A stretch of 62,940 nucleotides of DNA, the filler included, from Catajapyx aquilonaris (Eukaryota): NCBI GenBank assembly GCA_000934665.2. It is 2 parts of 2 records of this genome, joined end to end, with 100 filler letters (N's around TTAATTAATTAA, not from the genome) between each part and the next. Parts side by side here need not be neighbours in the genome. Positions count along the whole stretch, not along the records: positions 1 to 31,366 come from KZ539168.1; positions 31,467 to 62,940 come from JYFJ02004555.1. One strand, written 5' to 3'. Below, one piece after another: positions 27,282-39,000 of the stretch (positions are counted from its first letter, which is position 1; each line of letters begins with the position of its first letter). A program made the position numbers and the translations under genes. The notes under the pieces were generated by a model that saw only the letters and a list, made by a program, of their open reading frames with translations, searched no databases and was not told the DNA's origin.

Positions 27282-28192
27282 AGTAAAACCCCTGTTGTTG
27301 GACACCCCTACATGTTGGACACCCCTTTATGTTGGACATTTTTTCAGGGACCGTGGAACAGCCTCTCTATATTTGTATGGGCACATTAACAATTAAGTTG
27401 GACACCCCTCTATCCTGGAAGTTGGACGCTTTTTGTCACCTATAAGTTGGACAGGTACACAGTGAATGGGATCAAAAATCTCCGTCCAGTCTGCTGATTT
27501 TTCAGGCCTTACTGTGTATTATAAGCGATTGGAGCGGTATGCCTTGGCGTCCCAACCAAAAGTGATTGACACCATTTATGCAGCCCGAAAACTCATCGAA
27601 ACTGAAATCATGGTGTCTATATGACGCAGGCCAAACTGAAACAGTCCAGGGTGACTGATTTCTTTTGTAAAAAAAATAAAATGAGCCTCCATATCGCATA
27701 ATCCTGTACTGCACTGTACTTTAGTCCATCTGTTATCTATGGATAATACATCATATGAGGGGGTCTCAGATCAAAGGCGGCTAAGTCCAAAAGAAACGGG
27801 TCGTAAAATGAGCAAAACCTGCTGATTGTTCACTTTCACTGGTACTGTACAATCTTGAAACGTTTTGCGTCCATATGTTGCCACGGCTCAGCTACATACG
27901 CAAATGTGCAATTAATACCCAATGACATTAAAATACATTATTGCTGGACGTATTTGTGTTACACCCTCAAAAACGGACTTATAGCCGCTTTTGATCTGAG
28001 ACCCCTCATATTATACTGTACAGTAGTGTACTATACACTACGTACTGTTGAAAAGTTTTTATGAAGGTGTTTTCTTCAAGTTTAGTCATGCATGACCGTA
28101 CCCTGCACATTATTGTATACTGTAGTACCTATCTCTCTCAGTTGGACATTTTTTGTGAAACCGTGAGTGTCCAACTTAGAGGGGTTTTACTG
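27281..28192. mobile_element. non-autonomous Tc1/mariner (pogo/Tigger-like) element
   Basis: TA|CAGTAAAACCCCT..GTTGGACAC ... GTGTCCAAC..AGGGGTTTTACTG|TA; multiple GTTGGACA subterminal repeats. Confidence 0.85.
27756..28008. mobile_element. mariner-like MITE nested in the 27281-28192 element
   Basis: TA|TGAGGGGGTCTCAGATCAAAGGCGGCT ... AGCCGCTTTTGATCTGAGACCCCTCA|TA. Confidence 0.85.
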
Positions 28193-28484
28193 TAATGGTA
28201 ATAATAATAATGTGTTGCTGTTGTTGCTGCTGCTGCTGTTGTTGTATTCACACATTGAGGGGCCTATGTAGTATATAGAGTGCAGCATATCATTTGATAT
28301 TAATAACATACTGGTATGCAAAGTGACAAGTTCAGAATATTGAAAGACATCGAAATCATATAGGCCTACATATTTTTTTAAAGAAATGATGACCATGTGA
28401 ATATTGTATGTTGTATCATAGTGTTGTCAGTAACAAAATTTCTACAAATTTATATTTCAGAAAGTAGGCCTATATCAGCTGAAT

Positions 28485-28735
28485 GGGGAGGCGGAGTGGC
28501 GCTGCGGTAACGTATGCGCCCACGGATGTTAAGGTCCCGGGTTCGATCCCAACCCGGGGACACCCCCTTCATCTCGTGCAGAGTTCAGGGTCACCTCTGG
28601 CTTCGTCTCGGGTGGTATTTCCTACAGACTAAACCACCCGGGGGAGTTCACTAAAAATGGCCACGTTAAAGACATTGCACTGCACCTTGCACATCCCCTC
28701 CTGTCATCCTGCTCGTGGGCCCGGGCGATTCGCTC
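28485..28735 (+). mobile_element. tRNA-derived SINE, family A
   Basis: GGGGAGGCGGAGTGGCGCTGCGGTAA head, B box GGTTCGATCCC; homologous to 44790-45136, 52255-52640 and 54422-54740. Confidence 0.85.
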
Positions 28736-31366
28736 AAGGTTCCNCAGAAAGTATACCTATAGAGGATAATACATGTACGCAGTACAGCATATGAAAAAAA
28801 AAACGCTGATTCAATTTTGACCAAAAAATGACTCCGATCGCTTCGCATTTTTTCAGATCTGAAAATACAGTTATTCCGATTGAAATAGTTCGGTATAATT
28901 TTTAAACATTCTGATGCGTAACAGATATTAATTTTATTTCCTCTAGTTCAAATTTTCCCAAAATTATGATCATGGTAGGCCTGCAGTTTTATATTATACC
29001 AACGACTCAGCGATGCTGAACACAAACATGTGGAATAATTACTACACTTTCGTATAAATTTGCCATTCAAAGTATCGCACCAATCCATGCATATCGTTCA
29101 AAAATTAATTGCAATATTGTACCACACCATATGACAGGTCTAGGCTTCCTTTTGTTAAGAATCTTGTATCAAATCCAGAACTTACAATGAAACCGCAACA
29201 GATTCTGCACGCCCATGTTACTTAAGACACATCCACGAACCAAAGTATCCAACTGGCGCGGAATCTGATACTTGCGGTATGCCGGTATCCTTCAGAAAGG
29301 TACAACTGCTGAACAAAAAAATGAAAAAGGTGGTAACACCCTTACAATATACCTATTGCTTTCAGTTAAATTTTAAAATTTACTGGAACTGTGTTTCCTC
29401 CCACAAAAGCCGCTGGCAATAATTCCTATCACCACACAAAAAAAAACCAAATATGTGTATAAAAAACCATCAGTCGCATCACGCAATCCGAGCTTTGCTT
29501 ACATACATAATTAGCGAGTACAAAGATTTTGCCGCTTGGAGAACGATTGCATGTCGCGTTACATTCAGACCACTCCTTATAAATAACAGATTTTTCTAAT
29601 TCCCCAAAAAGCACCAGGGAGAACTTACAATGTGAATCACAAAAACATGCCCTACCTCATGGGGTCTTAATAGAATTAACTTACATACTCCATGACAAGT
29701 ATGGCCCACAAATACACATAATAATAAAAAAGCAAACTGCACAGGCGGCTACCAGAAAACGTCTTCACTTGTCAGCACAATGCACCATCACGTACTGGAA
29801 GCAGCCATAAAAAGTAATACTCCCCATTGTAATTACTTTTCGTTACCATACCCTCTTTACACCCTAATATATCTACATGATCCACAACATCCCTTCCACA
29901 ACAAACGAATGGCATTAAGTCACCAGCTAACTTCAAGTAGCGCACATTCCCGCTAAATCTTCTTTTTTTTCTACACTAAAAGATGGAGGGGTGTGGAAGA
30001 AAGAAACACGCTTATGTCTATAGGGGTTGGGCCCCTCTCGTCAGGACAAACCCAACCGCAGGAGCCCGTTCCAAACTTAATTACGGCCCCAACATAATTT
30101 TTCCTTAACCTCCTCGGTGTCATACAAGGGGGTAATTATTTGAAGGAAATAATCCCCTTCATTTCCCAAACCCTATATTACCCAATTTCAGAGCCCATAA
30201 TTTTCTCCCCGCAGTGACAAGTCCCCCTCCTCACATAACGTGCTCAACTTGGGGAAAACTTATCAGCGGAATGAAGAGCTTTTTTCACTGGAAAATAATA
30301 TATGAAGCCTCGGAGGCAGGTCCCTTCACGGCTACTTCAAGAATTCATCAATATGTGTATTCAGAGGTGTACTTTCCAAACACCCTGTAAGATGGCCGCA
30401 GGTTAGGCCTACTGAACAGACAAAAAAAAGGACATGATTGCGGTTGTCGCAGTAAATCCCGCATTACTTCGATCCCATCGTAATAAATTGTTTTTTTTCT
30501 TCTTCTGAGGACAAGGGAACGTTTGGCCACCGAAGGAAAAAGGGAGGAAAATGTTACCATTTCCGGCGCCAAATTGATTGTCTGGACCCCTGCTGGAGAT
30601 GTTCGCTGGAAGAAAAAGAAGAAGAATCGCAACCAGAAGAATAAACTCCCCGGGAATTATCCGGGACTGAAAGGGCACATCTGGTATCATCAGGGATGGA
30701 CCCCCGAAAGAATCAATCCCACTATCCTCCTCGCTTTCAGCACCTGTCACTGCTCTTTTCTCCGGCTCTACAAGATTAACTGCAAGCTTCAATTCCTTCG
30801 GATTTCATTTCATTACCAAGTGCCGGTTCCTTTTGTTCAACGGACACTCCAACATAAGGGGGCATCCACGGGGATCGGATCAAGCAGCAGTAGGGCTGAT
30901 GCACAAGCTCACAGGAAGCTCAAAATGGCCGCGGTGATGGAAAGGGTAATTCTATATCAGGCTTTATCACTTTGGATTGCTGAATGTATCACATGCGAGA
31001 GAAATTACACACGTCATGCACAGGTGAGTTATAAGTATACATCCATGTATAGAAATATGTCCCTCAATATTCACACAGCAGTTACTGCAGTAATTATAGC
31101 ATTCACAGCAGAGTGAGATAATTGCCAGAGTTGCTTTGGCAATTTTCGGCTCCACTCCTAAGATAATAATCACTTACATGAAAGTTTAATGTTTGTCAGC
31201 CATTGAAAAAGTTTTTAGTTCTATATGAATAAAAGATAATATCCTGCGAGCACTGTTGCCACGGTTGGGTGGTGCCATAACCCAAAATGCTCTCTTTCTC
31301 CATCAGGGCAACAAAATGAAAACGAACAAACCATATATATACACAGTTTTTTTCGGATCAGAAATG

Positions 31367-31466
31367 NNNNNNNNNNNNNNNNNNNNNNNNNNNNNNNNNN
31401 NNNNNNNNNNTTAATTAATTAANNNNNNNNNNNNNNNNNNNNNNNNNNNNNNNNNNNNNNNNNNNN
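31367..31466. other. artificial contig-joining spacer
   Basis: Exactly 44 N + TTAATTAATTAA (stop codons in all six frames) + 44 N = 100 bp. Confidence 0.9.
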
Positions 31467-34036
31467 TTCGTCTCTCAGGAAAACTGCTTATACCCTCGGA
31501 ATCAGGATTTTTTGCCCGATTTTTAGAATCCAACTTGTATTTTGAGTGGAGTGTCCCTTTAAGCTATTTTGTGACATAGAAAAATGAGCCAGGAGTGTGA
31601 ACTTTTTATTTCCGGGAAAACTCGGGACACACTTTGGAGTGATGCAGCAAGGTCATGTCACATGAATAAATCGTTTTAAAAATGCTGTTTTATACCTGCA
31701 ACTATGTACAATTGAATTACAGTATTGAAACTTGTCTAATGTTAATAATAAAATTGTAAGAAAATATATCATGCTTTAAAATGAGATCGGGACATGCCAA
31801 GAATAGTGATTTTAGGCCCTTTGACATTTTTTTGCAGTAAAACTTAATTTAATATTTTTCTTTGTTTTCATGGGGATGGCTAGGTGTCAACTGCTTCTAC
31901 AAATGTTTAAAAAATCAACCCTCTCAGTCAAGCCATTTTTGAGTTATTATGCTGGGACATGGTATTGGTAAGTTTTTGTAGAATCACCCATAAATATCAG
32001 GAGGAAAATGAAAAGTGATTTCTGCAAAGTGATCTATCTTCGACGGAATTTTCCAAAGTGACCTATGTTGACTAAAGAACCATTAATAACTCAGTTAATG
32101 TTTATGTTATCTCAAAATTTATTGCTGTTAAATAATCCCGCCAGGTGAACACTGATAACATAGCCTACAGTCGGCGCCTGTAAGTAGCGCAAAATTGTCG
32201 CGGTAGAAAATCGGCTCTCCTGAAAATTTCTTTCATGTCGAGATAGATCACTTTGCATCTCACCTCCTCATGTACGGCATGAGACGGAGCTTGAATGGAG
32301 CTTTCATTGGGTATGCATTGCATATTTTTAGTCCCAATAGGCGCTTCACATGCAGGAGCAAAGGAGTCATAATTGCAATAAGGCGCCATGTAAATTCGTA
32401 TTCCCACCTTCCTTTTGCAAGAATAGGCATCCTTACCCCCATACAAGAATAGGCTTTGGCCGTTACACACAATTTGCTATTGCTGCGTATTTCCTCCTAA
32501 ATCATTGCTGTCATTTCTCTCCAAGAATAACTGTCGTGATCATGATACTTAAGCCAAAATATGTGCCATTCAAATTTTTAAAGCCTAACACAGTAATGAA
32601 ACTTCATGAGATGCTGGACAGTCATGGCCATCCTAATGAATTCATATATATTCTTGAACAAAGGGACTGCTGGTTTCAATCCCATGCTTCAATAAAGCAC
32701 TTCTAGACCAATAATTTCATACAGGCCTACCTCACATTGCTTTCCGGATATTATTTATGAGACCAGAAACACACTTACGTCCTTAAGAAAAAAGTTAACG
32801 TTTACCAGCTGCATTCCAATATGACCAGTACTCCAGTAAGTGTCTGGGTCAGATACCATTGCTGCTCTTGCAATACTCGCTGTGGACTGATTTTATAGAC
32901 CTAGTTCCTGCCAGGGACAGGGACCACAGGCTGGTGTCACACCATTATCATTTCTTCATGGTATGGCATTTACACGCCTTATTTCATAAAGAACCTAGAT
33001 GCAGTGAGTCATCAGTGTATGCGTGATGGCTTATCCTACAGTGATTTATGCTTCTCCTTGTTGATACCCACACCATTCCTCCAGTCCAATTTTAACAAAC
33101 CCTTACTTTCTTTGTCAATTTTGAATTAGCCTTAGCTACACGTTAAAAAGAAAGGCGACTGGTATACTTTTGAATTCTCAGAGTAAGCTATAGCCTATTG
33201 TGAATTTTTCAATTTCCTGAGAGAAATCTGCCACAAAAATCGATGTCATTTCAGAATGCAACAAAACTCAAATAAACAGAGACAATAATATTTGCCTACA
33301 GCAGATTTGGTTAAATCTGTACCGATATTTAATTTTAAATTTCCTCCTTTGGAATATACTGTAGATGCCTGCAGTTTTCCTAAGGGGTATACTTAAAAAC
33401 ATTCGGCAAATCTTTTGCAAGAACAATATGTAGTTTACAAGTCAACCAGCTCTGGCAATGCATGTGAAGCTATATCATCAATGTTATTGAGAGATATGGA
33501 ATACATACCTGTACTTGTTTTATTTACTTTACAAATTCTTGTAAGATGATGGATGAGCATAAAAGTGCTACATTGGTGTGATTATAGAGGTTGAAATTTA
33601 TGAAGGCAAGGACAATAAATTATAATATTATGTACTCTGTTAGCATAAGCTGCCCGAAAAAAGTTTATTAACCACAACGTGTAGGTATGCAGTAATGATA
33701 CCGTACCTGTAGAATAATACAATAAGAACTGTTCTGTTTCTAGAGCTGCATGCATGGCTTATATTGATGACCACTTGGATGCAAATGATTTCAAGAATGT
33801 TATTTATTTACTTAGGTTAACCAGTAATAGCCATTGTTGTCACCATTTACTTCATTTTTCATTTCATTCTGAAATACGAGAAACATAACATCGTAACATT
33901 GATATTTCTGCAGGTTTCTCTAGAAAAACCTGCAATTGCAATCACAAGGTCACAAGTGACAGGAGAAGTCCACTAAGTTAAAACATATACCTGTGGGTGT
34001 AGAATGATTAAAGATGCAGACCGTTGTTGTTCTTAT

Positions 34037-34274
34037 ATGAAGACCTCAGGGGAAGAACGATCAAGGTGAAAGTGAGTGAGATATTCAAATTTCGAAAGCC
34101 CATAAGGTTCTATTGTGAATCCCACTTTCGGGGCCTTCCATAATGGACTATGATCATTACTCCACAACCACGACCAAACCATCATATTCTATACTAGTGA
34201 AACTATCTTCTGAGATATGTAACTTCTTTTTGACAAAAAGTGGACTATGATCGTTCTTCCCCCAAGGTCTTCAT
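34037..34274. mobile_element. degenerate MITE-like inverted repeat
   Basis: ATGAAGACCTCAGGGGAAGAACGATCA vs TGATCGTTCTTCCCCCAAGGTCTTCAT. Confidence 0.5.
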
Positions 34275-35699
34275 TTACTCTAGATTCAGTGAAAACTGCT
34301 AACCTATGTTTCCCCAATGCATGTTTGCTTGTGTAAGCAATCTTCACTTGCATGGGACAAGGTAAGCAAGTCAATCCTATCACTGTCTGTCCAATCGTAT
34401 GAAAACAATTTTTATTGTAATAAAATTAATATTGAAATTATGGTGGCTTCCCTGGGGGCCAGGTGTCATATCAAGTGAGCAGTGGCAGAACTGGCGATGA
34501 AGCAGGCTACGTTTCAGGTAAACCATGAAAACCCTATTGTTCGTCCTCCACCTCCCCATACCAACCATGTAAAATACATAGGGTTCATTGATCTATTGTG
34601 TAGTCAGAGTTTGCAAAAAAGTTATTAATAGGCCTAATCAAGCTACTTGCAGCTATTTTTTACTGAGATAAGCAATAAGTGTCCATGAGATTTGTGAGAC
34701 TTGAAGTCTGGTTAGTGGTTACGTTCTGAAAACATTTCCCCTTCTTGATAAGAGACTGGAGATGACCAAAATAATCCACAAGGTTCAAGTAGTATATGCT
34801 ATTGCTTTAGGACCAGATTTTTGGGAAACACAACCACTGTTTAGGAATTCACTCGTCATGACATTTTACTTACAAAGGGTACAATCAACAATGAAGGAAA
34901 TGCAAGTTAACCCAAATGTGAACTAAAATAACACATTATTCTCATTGCAATAAAACACATACCTGTACGGTACATGAAAACAAACAGCTGGGAAAACCTA
35001 ACATAATAAAATCAAATAATATATTACATAACCGCTTTGTTTCACTGGACAAGATTGCTGGATGTATAAGATGCCCATTTGCAAGTCCTGCAGAAGAAAA
35101 TATCTGAGGAAATACATAGATTGTAACTTATTATGTGAGGGAAGTGAGAAAATTATGCCTATGATTTTTTTTAAATGGTGCAGATATGGACCAATAAAAT
35201 AACGCGAAGACAATATTGAGGATGTGGCAGAGGGCAGCATCTAAGGAACAGAGAGGTATCATGGGCCATGAAAACGCCATGATTTGTAGGCCCACATTCT
35301 GCAGCCCGGATTTATTCCACAGCCAATGCGTAAAATGGCCTTATATGACCACAAAGGCCCTGCAGACAGTGTTCTAGATGAATGGGCTCTATGTAGACTA
35401 CAGTGCGCTTTGGTTCTTTCCTTAGATATTATGTTTTTTTTTCATAATACTTTTATTTATTTATTGTCAAAGGGACCGTCAAGGTATGTTCTCACGAGCA
35501 CGATGGATCAGAATAAGACGAATAATCACACTGGGCATGCCAAACCGGTGCGGTGTCATGTTTCTCAAAAGTACCAGAAGTTTCATCTACTCCGACAAGA
35601 GCTCATGACTCCGATAACAAGAACCCCATGGTAAACAAATGCCTGTAATGTCACTTGTTAGTCTGCCATAACGTACTGTACCTTAAGTTCAAAGTTTTA

Positions 35700-36021
35700 C
35701 CGAATCACCTTATCTACCCTAGTTCAGCCCCTGCCTGTTTTCATCTTTCCCATTTGAAAATAGCGCCACTAGGACGGACCGGACCGGACCGTTCCCTATT
35801 TAAGCTCGTTCCCGCATCCAATGAAATATCACCAATGATATCACTATTGCAATTTAATTTACACTCGAATATAGTATTTTAATGGTGATAAAATAGAAGA
35901 TAAATAATCGTATGTGAATGGACGCGCAAAAATCTGTAACGTAGATAATCACTCTATATTTTTTTGTCGGAGGAGGCGCCTGATTGCTACGTGTTACCTA
36001 CCCTGCTTGATTCCGGCAGCC
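35700..36021 (+). promoter_or_regulatory. probable Snx6 promoter / 5' UTR region (possibly bidirectional)
   Basis: Immediately upstream of GCAGCCATG; appears by eye to retain CpG while both flanks look CpG-poor; GGACC x3 repeat. Confidence 0.45.
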
Positions 36022-36027
36022 ATGATG
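36022..36027 (+). CDS. SNX6: Snx6 coding exon 1 (MM)
   Basis: GCAGCC ATGATG|GTAGGT; joined to exon 2 gives MMDGLDDGP, like vertebrate SNX6 MMEGLDDGP. Confidence 0.85.
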
Positions 36028-39000
36028 GTAGGTGTATCCTAAACGCTAGATGCTGTATGGTAGTAGGCCCATAAAGCAGGTTGTAGGCTTGTGGAGCAGG
36101 CTCGTTGCATCCAGTAGACAGCTGACTTTGACATGTTGCAGGACGGGCTGGACGATGGTCCTGAACTCCTGGGCGAGGGTGACACCCGGAAGGTAAATAC
36201 GGGGGTGTTGATGGAGGCAATGGAATGAGGGGGCGGAAGTTAAGAGCATTGTCACTAGCGGAAATAGATGTAACTCATAAAAATAAAAATAAAATGGGAG
36301 CCTTTGGGATGTTGCGGATGAAGAGGGTAGGTTTTTGGAAGTGTCATGTGTTTTAGTAGGTTCCTGGAGTGAAGGTACACTTGGTGGATTAATGTAAGAT
36401 GATGAAACAATGTATTGCGGTCTCATAAAAACGATAAATTAGCCAAGAGAAAAAATCTGTCGTTAAATATTATAGGTACAATGAAGAACCACTATATACT
36501 GCTAATTCTGACAGTTGCAGGGAACTTGCCGGACTAATTTCATTGTTTGGGGTCATGTGAATATGTGACAAATGACAACGCAGTGGGAGCCTGTCGGAAG
36601 GTCCATCTTGTGCAAGAAGCAATGCTTATGAGTGCAAAATGCAAACATGGTTGTCGTAGAGTGTAATAAACTCTTATCAATAGTGAGCAAGTCTGGGTCA
36701 TGTGTGAAGGCCTAGTGATGTCAGAACAGATCAGATGACTGAGTTGGGGTTGGAATACTGATACCCAGAATAAGGATAAATGCATATAATGGGAGGAGAT
36801 AAAAAAAGTTCAAATAGAGGCTTGACGGCAGATGTTCGTATTTGATCCTTATGCATGGCAGGATATGGGTGCCATTTTTAGAGGTACAAGTTAGATAGTT
36901 GGGGTGAGCATGCAGTGGAGGGGAAATGCCTAAACGAAGAGCCTGCTTTGTGCATGCAAGGAAGGTAGTGAATGGGATGTTATATCCGTGTGTTGATATT
37001 GGTATATTTTCAAGGTTACACTAATGTTTGCATATTAATTTTTCAGCCTGGAAGGTCAGACACTGTGGATCTCACTGATAACTCGTTGCTGGTAGACATT
37101 TCTGATGCTTTAAGTGAGAGGGATAAAGTAAAGTTTACTGTCCACACAAAGGTAAGCCTACAACCAAGCATTTGTTCTTCTGACTCATTTTATGAAGTGG
37201 CATGCTTAATTCTTCATTTAACTTGCAAGCCTATGTAGTTTAATGGCAGAATACATACTCATAGGAGTATGACCCTGGGTTCGATTCCTAGCAGGAGCAT
37301 ATTGGATGAAAATTTGTTCTTGAGTTTATGTAAGGTTGATTAGGCAGTGGCATTCATTAATTCTGTGCTGTGGCATGACCAATTCCAGGCATAGTCACTT
37401 GTATTTAGAGCAGGTCTCATGTCAACACCAACAATATAAATGCACCTGTGTGGTATAGTGATAATGGTAAAGGTATTGCACACTTTGTTGATGTACAATA
37501 AAAGTTAGCCATTCACGTGCTCCTTAAGATAATGTTGATATACATGAGATAATGTACTGTCATTGTTTCCATTGAGTTGCATTAGGAGATAGGAAATATT
37601 AGATAAATATACTGTATGTAGCCACAATTTTGATATATTCGAATAGTTTATTATGGAATGTTGGAGAATCCTATGCTGGAGGAGAATCCTGTTAGTGCTC
37701 ATAAATTTGTGCATGTTATGCTTTTTATAAATTTAGGAAGATGTCATCAGATGTAAATGTTATTTTCAGACTACCCTACCTGAATTTATAAAAAGCGAAT
37801 ATTTTGTTGTTCGCCAACATGAAGAGTTTGTCTGGTTGCACGATCGCTTTGAGGAGAATGAAGACTATGCAGGATTCATTGTAAGTAACCTTGAACATTA
37901 ACAGGCACACTCATTACTGGTGTCGCATTTCAGATTCCTCCTGCACCACCACGGCCCGATTTTGATGCGTCACGAGAGAAGCTGCAGAAGCTAGGTGAGG
38001 GGGAAGGGACGATGACAAAAGAAGAATACCACAAGATGAAGAGTGAGCTAGAGGCGTAAGTTGTGTTGGTTCACTGGCATATGCAAATTATGTTGAAGTT
38101 TTTTTTGTTACACAGAGAATACTTGGCTACTTTTAAGAAGACTGTGGCAATGCATGAAGTTTTCCTCTGTCGATTAGCAAGCCATCCTGTGTTCAAGAAT
38201 GACCACAACTTTCGGGTGTTTTTGGAATATGACCAAGATCTGTGTGTCCGCCTGAAGAACAAGAAGGAGAAGTTTGAAGGCTTCATGAAATCATTTTCTA
38301 AGACCACAGATGAACTTCTCTTATCAGCTACACAAAAGGATGTGGATGACTTCTTTGAGAGGGAAAAAAACTTTCTCATTGAGTACCATTCTCACCTGAA
38401 GGATGGTACAGCAAAGGCTGACAGGATGACTAAGTCCCGCAAGAGTTAGTGTCGATAACTTTGAATGTTAAATTTACATGAGAGTTTATTACTCCTTCCA
38501 TTACAGATGTAGCAGATTCATACATTAAGATATCATCGGGCTTGGTTCAGATGGCTACAATTGAAGGCAGAGATCTGGAGAAGTTTCTGTCTAAAGTAGC
38601 GGAGACTTTTGAAAAAGCCAGGGTGAGAACTTGATTTTGCTATGATATGGAAAGGTGTAGAAAACCTATGTGTATACAAGCTATCATATTTAGAAACATT
38701 TACTAGTAGGCCTACATGGTAGTCCTGGGATTAGTACAAACTAGGCTAGTCCCACACTGAAGTGGAGTAAGCATTAATCACACTGTGTGTTTAGAAATGC
38801 ACTTGAAGTTGGTTCCCAGTAGCCTTGAGTGAAAAGTGGCAAGGCTGCAAGTATCAGCAGGCAAAATCGAAGATATTGGACTCTGTAATTTTAAAATAAC
38901 AATTGCAGTCAATAATTAACCCTATGGGCCGGAGGCCCAAGCTGCATTCAAACTTTTCATGGAGTTAAAAAAAAAAAATCTCCATATGCATGCTCCAAAA

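Noticed and set aside
21105..27396. Poly-I, poly-L and poly-N ORFs (21105, 27123, 27157; likewise 52098, 52120 and the SL repeat at 40628)
   Set aside because: Translations of (AAT)n and (GA)n microsatellites.
27281..27460. Regularly spaced GTTGGACA repeats as a CRISPR-like array
   Set aside because: Repeats are 8-13 bp, irregularly spaced and lie inside a TIR element; no cas genes; eukaryotic context.
28485..28560. tRNA-like heads of SINE copies (also 41340-41411, 45060-45134, 54980-55050, 57110-57188) as tRNA genes
   Set aside because: No complete cloverleaf; each continues into a shared repeat body with a tail and often a TSD.
30523..31116. Longest ORF in the track (197 aa)
   Set aside because: Non-ATG start, no recognisable domain and no splice context; kept only as part of the unexplained left block.
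1..31366. Conserved miRNA, snRNA, 5S rRNA or histone genes in the left contig
   Set aside because: A by-eye search for the common conserved sequences found none; an Rfam scan is needed to exclude them formally.
38071..38379. 102-aa antisense ORF
   Set aside because: Shadow of Snx6 exon 6 on the opposite strand.
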